NCBI RefSeq assembly: GCF_009914755.1
Contig: NC_060936.1
Strand: one strand, 5' to 3'
From: the human T2T-CHM13v2.0 reference genome, Homo sapiens
Length of the DNA stretch: 64,000 nt
Positions 16,040 through 27,940 of this stretch are shown here, piece by piece. Both the position numbers and the translations under genes were made by a program. The stretch's first letter is position 1. The number at the start of each line of letters is the position of its first letter. The notes under the pieces were generated by a model. That model did no database searches, was not told the DNA's origin, and saw only the letters and a program-made list of their open reading frames with translations.

Positions 16040-16499
16040 CAGAATTTCAAATTTTCCAGATTGACTTCTTAGGATATTCTTATGCTCATTATGCTAAAAA
16101 TCTCTGTTCAATATTGAGCCCATTTAGATGACTTGTCTGTGGTATTGTGCCAAAATAGCCTCTTTTTCTGCCCGTGGTCACTTCTCAAGAGCCCCCTTCT
16201 ATTTTAGACTTGATTTCTATCATGAAACAGGGAAAGGAGTGTAAAAACCCATCTAGCTAAAACCACCACCCAGAGCACAGACCAGGAATCCAGTGCTCTG
16301 TCAACTGCTAATGTTAGTTTGTTTGAACTTTGGAATTAATTAGATGTATACACACCTCCTAACAAAATATTTAACAATTGAGTCCCTATCATTCATGTCT
16401 CTTCAGTCAACTTTTAGGCTCTTCTTTCTCATTCTCTGCAACCAGAAACTGTTTCCCCACCTCTGCTCATCCTTTAACATGCTGTCATACTGCCTTATT

Positions 16500-17290
16500 T
16501 CCTTTTACCATCAAACTACTAAAAAGATTAGTCTACAATCAGGGTATCTTTTCCCACTCTTCAATTCCTTTCATCTTAAGCTTCTACATTCTTCACCTGA
16601 AGGAAATTGCATTCTTGAAGGTCTCTGCCCTCATAATTGCCAAATAAAGTGACATTTTGGTCTCTCTTCTCCTCTATCTTCCTGGAAGTTTTGACAATGT
16701 TGACTAATCACTTTAAAATTTTTTTTCTTTATATCCACAGTAAGAGTTGTCTTTCTTCTTTTATTTTTCTCAATGATTCTCTCTCTCTTTTTTGCTAAAG
16801 ACTTCTTTCTAAAGTACATGTGAGGAAATCACTTAAGTTCCTGGTTCTCAACTTCCTCACCTATAAAATGAAAATATCCATTCCAAAAAGAATCATGAAC
16901 ATTAAATTATATTAGGTACTCCAAAAATATAATTATCCTCCTTTAGTGTAAACATTTATCAGAATTCTGTCTTTGGTACTATCTCTCTTCATCATTGAAT
17001 TTTACGAATGAGAATAAAATCTTTACCTTAAGCCCTCAACTCTCTCCAGAACCCCATACCAATATTTCCAATTTGTATATCATGCTTCATGTTCAGTAAA
17101 TCTACAAAACCAAACTTATCATGTCATCTTCTCCCTCATCAAAATAAACATCTGTTCAATTCTTTCCTATCCTTATTAGTAGCATTCCAAAGTCCCAATC
17201 AACAAGGCTCAAATCATTAGTCATCTTTGGCTCCCTTAGACCTAATCCATCTATCTACTGCTAATTCTTTATCCAAAGTGTCTCTTGCAC
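16500..17290 (+). mobile_element. L2 fragments with a short embedded MIR (about 16825-16910)
   Basis: L2 RT-region motifs (tttgacaatgttgact, aagccctcaactctctccagaacccca) and MIR ttcctcacctataaaatg. Confidence 0.55.
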
Positions 17291-17319
17291 CAAAGACTAC
17301 ATAAAATGTATAAAACATT

Positions 17320-18945
17320 ATAGCCAAGTGTTACTTATATTAGCATCCAAAGTAAAACAATGTAATCTGCCATATCAACAGAACCAAGAGTACACGCAAT
17401 AAACTGATAGCCTACATTGTAGTTAATGTTGAAACACTGTAACATTGTCTGCTTTCCCCAAAGATAGGGAACAAGGCAATAATTCTTGGTTTTACCACTT
17501 CATTGCATCATTTTACTATAGTCACAGCAATAAGAAAAAGAAATAAAAGGCACAAATATTAGAAAAAAAAGTCAAACTATCATTATTATAAGATGACATA
17601 AAAGAATCCTATGGAAGTTATTTTTTAAAAAAGCAAACAAGTACTCTAGCATTTAAATAAAATTAAAATGGTAATATAAAACTCAACTGCATTTCTACAT
17701 GCCAACAACAAACAATTAAAATATGAAAGCAATAAATAATACTAAATTATTAACTCAGTAAATAACAATTTTTTTCCTTGTAGCAAAAATTAAATCTTGA
17801 CCCCCACCTCACACCATACACAAAGCAATCTGAGATGGATTATCGACCTAAATATAAAAACCAGAACGAGAAAACTTCTAGAAAAAAGTGGGAGCATATA
17901 TTTACAACCTGGGACAAGTCACAAAAACACTAACCATAGAAGAATAAAATGATACATCTGACATAAAAATTAAAATATTCTGCTCATCAAAAGGCACTTG
18001 AGAAAATGTTTAGGCAAATCACAGAGTAGGAGAAAATATTTAGAGTGCATACACCTGAGAAAGGACCCATATCTTGTGGGGTTACAGAAGAATTTATAAA
18101 GAATTACTACAAATAAACAATCACAAAGCTGAACACCCCTAAAAAAAAGAGGTGAGCAGATACTTCACAAAAGAAGATCTAAGAATTGGCAATAACCACA
18201 GAAAAAGGTAGTCATGATCATTAGTCACCAGAAAAAATGCAAATTAAAACCATAATGAGAAATCATTTCACACCCAGAAGAATGGCTAAAATAAAAAAGT
18301 TTAAAAGGCGAGAATGTGGAGAAATGAAAATTCTCACACATTGCTACTGGTGACTATAAAATGGAACAACTTTTTTGGAAAGCTGTTGGGAAGCTTTTTA
18401 TAAAGTTAGCTATTCATCTACCCTGTGATCCAACAATGCCATTCTTATTTATCTATATGAAAACATATGTTTATAAAAAACACTTACATGTGTATATTCA
18501 TAGCATATTCACTCATAATGGTAAACAATGGGAAACAACGCAAGGATCAATCAACAGGAGAATTAATGAACAAATTGTAATATACCATAGTATATTAATC
18601 CAATGGTAAACCACTTACCATGAAAGAAACAACATGGATTAATTTCCAAACCATTATGTTGAGTGAAAGAAACCCAAACAGTGATACGCACACAGAAAAC
18701 ATACTCACCATAGGATTCCATTTATATAAAGTCCAAGAATAGCCAATCCTAATACATGATGATAAAAATCTGAACATTCTTGCCTCCAAGGCAGGAAGGA
18801 GGGCAACTAATTAGAAAGGGGCAAGAGGAAACTTTCTGGGGTGATGGCAATGTTCTATATTTTGTTTTGAGTGGTGTTATACCTATGTAAATAATTAAAG
18901 TTCATCAAGCTATATACTTAAGATCTGTGTATTTGATTCTTCAAT
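17320..18945 (+). mobile_element. Old L1ME-like element (ORF2 remnants plus 3' UTR)
   Basis: L1 ORF2 motifs (aatgcaaattaaaaccataatgaga) and an L1ME 3' UTR (gaaactttctggggtgatggcaatgttctatat). Confidence 0.75.
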
Positions 18946-19671
18946 TGTGAAAAACAAGATGTTTCACGAGGAACTATTTTAAAAACAAAGCCAACACAAG
19001 TAACATATAACTATTCAGTAAAAAGAAGATAACTAGAATGTCAATAGACCTACCTAATATATATTTCAAAGATTTTTTTTTCAAGTATTTAAGTACAAGT
19101 AAGTAGAAAAATTCAGGCTTGTGGGTTAATATACTGGAGAGAAACAAAGAGAAAAGAGTAATAACCATTTCAGTCACTCTGAATTTGAAATAGATTGCTT
19201 CACAATCTAGAGGATTTTAAGACGTGAAATAACTGAAAGAAACAAAGGTGAAAAAGATCAAACACAGGATGCAGAACTAACAGCTGTGACTTAGTTAATG
19301 CATATGCTGAATAAAAACAAACTCAACAAAGCACTGGGAAGCCGGCAGCTTCCAAGTAATTAACTAAGCAGAAACACATGCAATGTGTTATCAGCCCTAT
19401 CTCATATTGAAAGCAAGGACTCCTTCGTTACAATGGATGCTCTCCATTTACAGGTAGAGTTACAAGAAAATAAACTACATAAAGGTATACAAGAGGCAAA
19501 GGAAAAGGAACCAATTTGCTACATCTAAGTAGTATCTATTTTCAGTGAATGAGATAAAAGTTCTGCCGTTACCTCACCTACTCAATATCAGTCTTCCCAC
19601 AATAAAAGACTGAACACATCAGCTAATGGTCAAAGAATTGTAAATTCATGAATAAGGGTCACATTTACATT

Positions 19672-19677
19672 TTTATT
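19672..19677 (-). terminator. Candidate polyadenylation signal (distal)
   Basis: Minus strand AATAAA in non-repeat sequence; such hexamers are common in AT-rich DNA. Confidence 0.2.
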
Positions 19678-20657
19678 TTCAAAGTTCAACACAAGTTTTA
19701 AAAGTGAAATTATCATTTCAATCATATTATTAATTTTTAATAAATAAATTTTTAGAACGGTCTTTAATACCCATAAATCAATCTAACTCCACACTTTCTG
19801 CATTTTCAGAGAGAAAACCAGAATTAACAAATATGTTAGAGTATTAAACCTGTGATTAAAATATAGGCTTTTATATAAGTTCATCAATAATTATCTTTTC
19901 TTTGGAACAGTAGCTCTCAACCATTTTCCATCCCTGACACACCTGTGATTTGTCAGAACACAGCAGGAGTCTCCTGTTCTATCCATCCATCCATCCTCTA
20001 TGCACATCCTCTAGTCTTCAAATCCTTTCCTGAAACCTCATGTCCTACCTGAATACTCTCTCATAAGTATTTCCATGTGAATATACTACTCCCTTTCTAC
20101 AATGAATGAGGAGCCCCCTGAAGGTCATAACTCATATGGAGAAATAAGTCATGCACCAATGTCTCCAGAGTGGAAGAAAGAGTAGCCTAATTGAAGTTAT
20201 ATTCTTTCTGCAATTATATATAGAGAAAGAAAATATATAGATATATAGCTGTTATTGTTCTATTACATAAATACAGGCTGCATTGGTTCTAATTTAAACA
20301 CCATCATCCTGAGTTACTTAACTTTCTCACTTATTTGTTTTTCTCCTTAAAGCATTGTTATAACATTTAAGAAAGATGGAGTCAGTTACTAAGATAAACA
20401 TTTAAGTAACGACAGCACCAAGAAATTGGGTCAAGATGGAATTTCTGGCTTTAATTCTACCTCTAGATTTCTTCAAAGATAACCAGGTGAACCTAAACTC
20501 AATTAGAATATGCAGAGAAGGATTTATGAAATAATGCCTCAGTTATTCAGATCATGGATCTATAGAAAAGAATCTGTTTTTCATTCATTGAATGACCAAG
20601 TGCATTTACATTAGAGAATCTACATTGGTATAAAAACAAATATATTTAATAATGAAT

Positions 20658-20663
20658 TTTATT
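20658..20663 (-). terminator. Candidate polyadenylation signal
   Basis: Minus strand AATAAA, then ATTAAA, then U-rich TTTGTTTTT. Confidence 0.3.
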
Positions 20664-20864
20664 AACATATATAGGACAATGTCTTACTTAAATAGCTTTA
20701 AAATGCTGGAAATGCACTAGAAACACATTAACCCCAGAAACACCTTCATATGAGAGAACCAGTGTCAACGAAAATGACAGATAGCAACTAAATCTGGGTT
20801 TAGTGAGGTTTATCTTGAAGCAAATAGACCCCATCAAATTTCCTTGAAAAAGAGGACATTTTGT

Positions 20865-20983
20865 AATGAGATGAAGGTGTCACTATGTTACCCAGACTGG
20901 TCTAGAACTCCTGGGCTCAAGGTGATTCTCTGCCTCAGCCTCCCAAGTAGCTAGGATTACAACCGTGTGCCACTGTGCCTGGC
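20865..20983 (-). mobile_element. FLAM (Alu monomer)
   Basis: Antisense monomer; TSD-like AAGAGGACATTTT / AAGACGACATTTT. Confidence 0.85.
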
Positions 20984-21481
20984 AGAAGACGACATTTTTG
21001 AAAACATTTTTCTTCTCCACATATTGGGGCACTATGTCAAATGTTACCTGTGCCTAAATGCCCCTGAACCTGCATATTCCATACTCCTAAAGATGTGTCA
21101 AATTATACAACCTCATGAGGATATTTTTAACCTCTGAGCAGGACTGGAAGAGGCAAATATACTAAAGTAAAAAAAAAGAAACTCCAAATCAGTTGGACAA
21201 TGTAGCCCCTTTGGAGTGCCAGTGATGTTATCTATAAACACTGAAACACAAATTGCACTTGAATTGATGAAGGATATAGGAAACAATTTATATTAAAGTG
21301 TTCTACAAACTGCAGTGGCTATCCAAAATTTAAGTGCCATTTTATCAATGAGGATGAAGATTATAATAAAAATGATCTAAAATAACTTATGTTAAACAAG
21401 GAAAAATATTAAACAAATCTTGCTTATTTAGACCTAAATAGTCTTAAAAGACACATTTTCCCTACAATTTGGCTCAAAGGA

Positions 21482-21487
21482 TTTATT
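21482..21487 (-). terminator. Candidate polyadenylation signal (proximal)
   Basis: Minus strand AATAAA followed about 25 nt later by GU/U-rich TGTGTCTTTT. Confidence 0.35.
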
Positions 21488-21553
21488 CATACTCTATATC
21501 TAAGTAGATGATGAATGGCATTGATTGAATCCAAAGTCCTCCTGTCTTGGATT

Positions 21554-21616
21554 TTATGAGGCCCATTCAGAACGAGCCAGGTTGAGAACACCACCAATTT
21601 CGTGTTCTGGGTCCAT
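21554..21616 (-). CDS. Candidate alternative terminal exon coding part, MDPEHEIGGVLNLARSEWAS*
   Basis: Acceptor TTTGCATTATATTTTTGCCAACAG|ATG, in frame with the phase-0 donor at 22327; TAA at 21554-21556 and AATAAA 66 nt later. Confidence 0.35.
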   Translation of the reverse strand: MDPEHEIGGVLNLARSEWAS

Positions 21617-21660
21617 CTGTTGGCAAAAATATAATGCAAACAGCTTTATAAGTGCTATTT

Positions 21661-21738
21661 TCAATGAAATATCACAGAACAGCTTGTCCCAATGATATTT
21701 CTAAAGCTTGCCTGCAAACCGCCTACTGGAAAATCCAA
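21661..21738 (-). CDS. Candidate alternative exon after the ANKS1B exon: terminal tail LDFPVGGLQASFRNIIGTSCSVIFH*, or 27-nt microexon LDFPVGGLQ (21712-21738)
   Basis: Very strong acceptor TTTCTCTCTTTTCTCCCTTCTCTTTCAG|TTG. The phase-0 frame stays open to TGA at 21661-21663, with an internal GC-type donor CAG|GCAAGC after 27 nt. No transcript evidence is available. Confidence 0.35.
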   Translation of the reverse strand: MDFPVGGLQASFRNIIGTSCSVIFH

Positions 21739-22327
21739 CTGAAAGAGAAGGGAGAAAAGAGAGAAATCCATAGAGGAAAGAGACAGGAATGGAAAAAAGA
21801 ACAAAGGATAAAGAGAGACTAGCTAGAGGACTGGGAACACTGGAGGAAAACAAGGAGCAATATTAAACGCAGACAATATTCATTGAAACCATAAGAATAG
21901 AGAAGATAGAGAAATATAAAAATCACTTGGGTTGGAAGACAGAGAAATAATCACAAACCATGCAGCATTGTCCAGAAGAATGAAGACAAAAGGATCAGGA
22001 AACACCAGAAAATATGTAACAGCTCAATAATTGGAGCATAATTATTAAAATGTTGTGAGAGAAAAATGATGTAAAATAGCTATTTTTCTAAGTCTCACTG
22101 CTTCATGTAACAGGCACAATTCATTTTTCCAAAAACTAATGCAGATTTCAGTGTTTATCACCAACTTGAAAGGAAGCAAACATCCTCTTCTGAGTCCCCT
22201 CTTTTAATTTAGAAATCCATTGACATACCACATAAAACAGTCCAGGCATTGCAATATAAGTGATGTACATGCATTGATTCAAATCAAAACACATTAGAGG
22301 GAAAATGATGCCATTCTGGGCACTTAC

Positions 22328-22464
22328 CTGGGGTCGAATGACTTTTACAATATTTTTGAGGGCAGTATCAGGGGATGGAGGTGAACAATCAGGTGTTGGG
22401 CCTGTTGAGCTGTTTCTATGGTTACTAGTTCCTGGAGTAGTAACTGCTACCTCAGAGGCATTAT
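22328..22464 (-). CDS. ANKS1B: Internal coding exon (137 nt, phase 1 to phase 0) of ANKS1B/AIDA-1, Ser/Thr/Pro-rich linker; probably exon 11 of the long isoform
   Basis: Minus strand acceptor CTATTTTTATTCACAG|AT and donor CAG|GTAAGT. Only one frame is open, encoding (D)NASEVAVTTPGTSNHRNSSTGPTPDCSPPSPDTALKNIVKVIRPQ, recognised from the ANKS1B protein. Confidence 0.9.
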
Positions 22465-23993
22465 CTGTGAATAAAAATAGAACTGCCATGAACCTAATCA
22501 CTCAGTTTACCTTTTAAGACTTGAAATTAATTTTCTGAACATAAATTGAGATTTCAACTTTTAAAACTGGTATCAATTACAAGATCATAATGAGGAATAT
22601 GCTCAGTAGTATATTTTAAAGATAATGCTTTTTGAATGCTTTGTTTCCTTCTAAAATGGTAACTATCACCCCCTGGAATGTTGTTCTGAGACAAGTGTAT
22701 TATTATTCAATTCATAATGATAGATTATCCAGCATAGCTCTTAAGACTGCTACTACTATATGAATAACTAAAACCTTACCTTAACTAAAAAGAATATAAT
22801 TTTATGATATGATTGGGCTAAAGCTTTCCCAATAATCTCTTAAATGAGTATTAATATTTATTAAAGTGGGAGTTTTATATCTCCCTGATGCATAAAATCC
22901 AAATTCAAGCCTCCTCAAATGACTTTTCCTAGAAATCCCACAAACTATAGAAAAGCACCCTAGTGAATGAAGCTTGATGAAAAACTGAAATTTGTGCAAA
23001 ATGGTTTTATGATGTAGATAAACACAAAATTATCACTCCTAGATAAGTATAGCAACCTATGTGGTCAAAGCTAAATGAATAAAATTTCAGAATCTAAATT
23101 AATCTTCTCTTATGTTCAGTATTTAGGAGGGGGGAATAAAGAAAAGATGACTTGAAAATCAACAACATGTGTAACATTTTTTTCTTAAATTCATATTAAA
23201 GCAAAATAACATCAAGGATGCCATTTTAGAATGTTTAAAATACTTGGGAAAGGATGAAAATTATTCTATAAATAACTTCTGGTAGCACATAGAAAAGTTA
23301 TTTTAACAACAATTTGGCAAACTTCAATAGCTTTTTATGAAAACTGCTGCAAGCTCAAATCTGCCAAAAAAATAAAAAATAAAAAGTTTACTTCTCTGTT
23401 GTTTTTAATTAGTTCCCAATAATTTTCTTTCCTAGACAGTTAGCTGAACTGATTGCAAAAGAGACTGAGACTGAATTTTTTATAGACCAGGAAGTTTCTC
23501 TGTTCCTGATCGCTGTCTACAATCCCCAGTGAAATACAGGAATTCATCAAGGCATCTTTTCCTCATAAAACACAAAGGGATGAATTATCATAAAACTCTA
23601 CCTACCATATAAAAATATAACTCAGTCTCACTGAGGAATCCAGACAAAGGCCCATAAAACAAAAAATTCAAGTATGACACATAGAATTACTTGGATGACT
23701 CATAAAATAAGTCTTAAAAGTGTCCAGAGCACACTCTTCTAAGATTTAACAGAAAAGGTGGGATTTGAATTGGCATCACAAAAGAGATGGGGTGGTCTTC
23801 TGAGTAGATTAGAAAACCATGAGTCAATACTGAAACACACAAAACATTAGTCAGCAAGATGCTCTGATTCTCTCCAACCTATCCCTTCCTTCTTTCATTC
23901 ATCTAAAAACTACACATGTAAGAACACTTATTTGGGGCAACTATGAGTCAAATATTATGTTATGTTCTAAAGATTAACTAGGAAGAATCTCTG

Positions 23994-24340
23994 GCCAAGG
24001 ACTGGAGGCAGGTAGGGATGAATAGGTTAAGCACTGAGGATTTTCAGGGCAGTAAAACTATTATATTTAACAGTATAATGGTGAGTATACATCATCATTA
24101 TATATTTGTCCAACTCATGGAATGTATAAATCGAGAATGAACCTGTATAAACTATAAACTTTGGGTGATAATGATGTGTCCATGTAGTTTCATCAATTAT
24201 AACAAAGGTATCATTTTGGAGCAGAATGTTGATAGTAGAGGAGGCTTTGTGTATGAGAATATATGAACTTTGTAATTTCTGCTCAATTTTGCTGTGAGTC
24301 TAAGAAGTTCTAAAAATAAAATCTATGAATTTTTTTTCAA
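23994..24340 (+). mobile_element. L1MC1/2 3' end inserted in an L2 fragment
   Basis: gatgaatagg..agcactgaggattttcagggcagt...ttttgctgtgag; TSD AAGAATCTCTG / AAGAATCCCTG. Confidence 0.8.
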
Positions 24341-24374
24341 AAGAATCCCTGCCCTCGAGAAGTATACTGTTGGG

Positions 24375-24677
24375 TTTTTTCCTTTTCTTTTTTGAGACAG
24401 GGTCTCACTACCATCACCCAGGCTGGAGTGCAGTAGCATGAACACAGCTCACTACAGCCTCAACTTCCCAGGCTCAAGTGATCCTCCCACCTTAGCATCC
24501 TGAGTATCTGGGACTACAGGTGCACATTACCACATCTGGCTAATTTTTTGTATTTTTAGTAGAAATGGGGTTTCGCCATATTGCTCAGGCTAGTCTTGAA
24601 CTCCTGAGCTGTAGTGATCCACCCACCTCAACCTCCTAGAGTGCTAGGATTATAGCCATGAGCCACTGCACCCAGCC
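24375..24677 (-). mobile_element. AluJ
   Basis: Full antisense dimer with J diagnostics (cagctcactacagcctc, ggctcaagtgatcctccc); TSD AAGTATACTGTT / AAGTATACTCTT. Confidence 0.9.
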
Positions 24678-25039
24678 CAAAAGTATACTCTTAAATGTGT
24701 CATCAGACATGTAAACAAATTACAATGCAATATAACTTGAGAACTGATAACAGATAAAGGAAGCATGATAAAAAAAAAACAGGGTGGGGTGGGGGAGTAA
24801 TCAGACTATGGCTTGGACAGAAGATAGCTGTGAAAGGCTTCAGTTTTCAGGCAAGAAAGCTGGAACAAAACATTAGATATTAGGGCATGAAGGTAGGAAG
24901 AGCACAGTTGAAGCTGTTATTTCATATACAAAAAAACTGGAGATAAGTTTGAATGAGTGAAAGGAAGTTTTATTAGAATATAAACATACTTAATTCTGTA
25001 GGCAATGAGAAATATTGAAGACTGAGCAGGGAGTGACAT

Positions 25040-25235
25040 AATAATAGATAACTTTTATTGAGCATTTATTATGTGCAGACAAGCCATGTTAAATTATTTT
25101 ACTTATTGAATCTCATTTAATACCCAAATTAACTTACAAAATACATTCCACTATCACCATCCCTATTTTACAGAGAAACTCATCTCAAAGTTATATTCTC
25201 AGTTACTGGCAGAAAAGGATTCAAATTTCAGACTG
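25040..25235 (-). mobile_element. MIR
   Basis: tttattgagcatttattatgtgc...atctcatttaat...ccctattttacagagaaact. Confidence 0.75.
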
Positions 25236-25659
25236 ATGCCATGTTACCCTTCTGAGAGTTAGCATGTCATAGCAGGTATGCAAAAGATATGCATAGGTAT
25301 GATTGGGTTCATAGAAACATAGCCTGAAGAAGATCGGCATAGTTGAGGTAGGAGCACACTCTACTTCAAAATATAGTTGAACCAACTTCCAGAAACTTAA
25401 AAAGTAGACATAGACACTATGAAAAATAAATAATAAAAACAACAAAAAAGTCAACCATAAAAACATCTTTAGGGTATGCCTTTGAGTACTATATAGTATA
25501 ATATTTAATATTTGGAAGCTGGAAGATATGTTAAGACTAGAGACCCAAGCTAGAGGTCATGACGTTAGCATTTTGGAGTTGATAAGTGATTAGATTCTGG
25601 ACATGTGTTGAAATGTCCAGAACTGTTGAAATAGACCAAGAATTTTTTTGATGGCTCCT

Positions 25660-27370
25660 GAATAGACAAAGCAACCTTGAACAAAAAGAAAAAACTGAGC
25701 ACATTACACTACCTGACTTCAAAATATACTACAAAGCTATAATAATCAAAACAACTTGATGCTGGCATAGAAACAGACACATCAACCAATGGAAAAGAAC
25801 AGAAATCCCAGAAATAAATACACATATTTTTGGTTAATTTATTTCAAAGGTGCCAACAACACACAATGGGGAAAGGGCAGCCTCTTCAATAATGGCATTG
25901 GGACACTGGATATTCACATGCAGAAGAATAAAATTAGACCTTCATCTCACACTATATACAAAAACTAACTCAAAATGGATTAAAGCTGGGTGCAATGGTA
26001 CATGTCTGTACTTCCAGCTACTTGAGAAACTGAGGCAGGAAGTTTGCTTGAACCCAGGAGTTTAAGGCCAGTCTGGGAAACATAGGGAGACCACTCTCTA
26101 AAAAAACATTTTCTTAATTAATTAAAGACTTAAGTGTAAAATTGAAGTGGTAAAACTATTAGAAGAAAACACAGAGAAAAACCTCCACAACATTGATTTG
26201 GGCAATGATTTTTTGGCTATGACCTCAAAAGCACAGGCAAGAGCAAAAATAGACAAATGGGATTATGTCAAACTAAAAAGCTCTGCACAGCAAAGGAACC
26301 AATGAAGAGAGTGAAGAAACAATTTATGAAATAGGAGAAAATATTTGTAAACAGTACCTCTGATAAGGAGTTAACATCCAAAATATATGGAACTCAAACA
26401 ACTCATAGTGAGAAAACAATAACCTGATTTAAAAATGGGCAAAGGATCTGAATGGACATTTCTCAAAAGAGGACATACAAATGGCCGACAGGTATATGAA
26501 AAAAATCCCTAACAACACTAATCATCAGAGAAATGCAAATCAGAACTACAATGAAATATCATCTCACCCCAGGGAAAATGGCTTTTATAAAAAAGACAGG
26601 CAATAACAGATGCTAGCAAGGGTGTGGAGAAAGGGGAACCACTGTACACTGTTAATGGGAAGGTAAATTAGTACAGCCATTAGAGAGAATAGTATGGAGT
26701 TCCTCAAAAACAAAATATAGAATTACCACATAATCCAGCCATCCCACTGCTGGGTATATATCCAAAGGAAATGAATCATTATGTAGAAGAGATATCTCCA
26801 CTCCCATGTTATTGTAGCATTATTCAGTAGCCAAGACATGGAATTAACTTGTGTCCATTAAGAGATGAATGGATAAATGGAAAGAAAATGTAATATATAC
26901 ATACAGTGGAATACTATGCTGCCTTAAAAAAGAAGGGAATTCCGTTATCAGTATAGATGAACCTGGAGGACCTTGTGTTAAGTGAAATAAGCCAGGCACA
27001 GAAAGACAAATGACACGTGATCTCACTTATATATGAAATCTAAACAAAGTCGAACTCACAGAAGCAGAGAATAGAATGGTGGTTACCAGGGACTGGGGAG
27101 ATGTTGGTCAAAGGACACAAAATATCAATTAGAAGGAATAAGTTCAAGAGGTTTATCATACAATATGGTGACTATAGTTAATAACAATGTATTGTATTCT
27201 TTAAAAGAGTAGATCTTAAGAGTTCTCACCACAAAAAAAATGCTAAGTATGTGAGGTAATACATATGCTAATCAGTTCAATTTAGCTATTCCACAATGTA
27301 TACATGTTTTAAAACAGCTTGTTGTACACAATAAGTATATATAATTTTTGTCTATTTAAAAATAATTAAA
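25660..27370 (+). mobile_element. L1MA (MA5-8-like) 3' portion with an internal FLAM (about 25985-26110)
   Basis: ORF2 3' remnants and L1MA 3' UTR (gatgttggtcaaaggacacaa...atggtgactatagttaataacaatg); an Alu monomer interrupts at aaatggattaaa|gactta. Confidence 0.85.
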
Positions 27371-27384
27371 TTTTTTAAAATTAT

Positions 27385-27505
27385 TGATGTGCTGGATATA
27401 GGGAGAGAAAGAGAGAAATCAAGAATGACTCTAAGGCTTTTGGCCTGAGGAACTAAAAGGATAGAGCTGCCATCAGCAGAAAAGGGACAGACTATAGGAG
27501 GAGCA
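27385..27505 (-). mobile_element. L2 fragment
   Basis: gagagaaatcaagaatgactctaaggcttttggcctgag. Confidence 0.7.
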
Positions 27506-27509
27506 TAAA

Positions 27510-27940
27510 TTCTCTACCATATAACTTCCAATATTGCCTTCCCATTCTCTCTCTCCCTTTGGACTCTATTGAAGTAATGCTAGACAGACTTTATTCTTTT
27601 AACCATTTATTCTCTCTTTTCATTCTGTCTCTCTGTTGCATTTTTAATAGTTTCTTCTATTTATTTTCTAGTTTATTGGTTCTTTCTTCAGCTGTGTCAA
27701 GGCTGCTATCAAACCATTTTCTTAATTTTAGTAGACTTTTCTGTTCTAAAATTTCTATTTGGTTCTTAATCAAGTATATGATGTCAGTAGTTTGTATTTT
27801 TTAGTTCCTAAAAACATTTTCAAGCTTACTTTTATATTAAAATGGCAAATACAATTGGCTTTGGTTTTTTAATCTGATAATTCCAGCATCTAAAGTCTTT
27901 ACGGATCCATTTCTGGATTTGTGGTTCTGACTCATGCAAT
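27510..27940 (-). mobile_element. HAL1/old L1M 5' fragment
   Basis: T-rich ORF1-like antisense motifs (tctttcttcagctgtgtc..ctgctat). Confidence 0.5.

Noticed and set aside
22148-22501. 117-aa minus-strand ORF as a standalone gene or extended exon
   Set aside because: Only 22328-22464 is bounded by canonical splice sites and matches ANKS1B; the flanks are read-through into intron.
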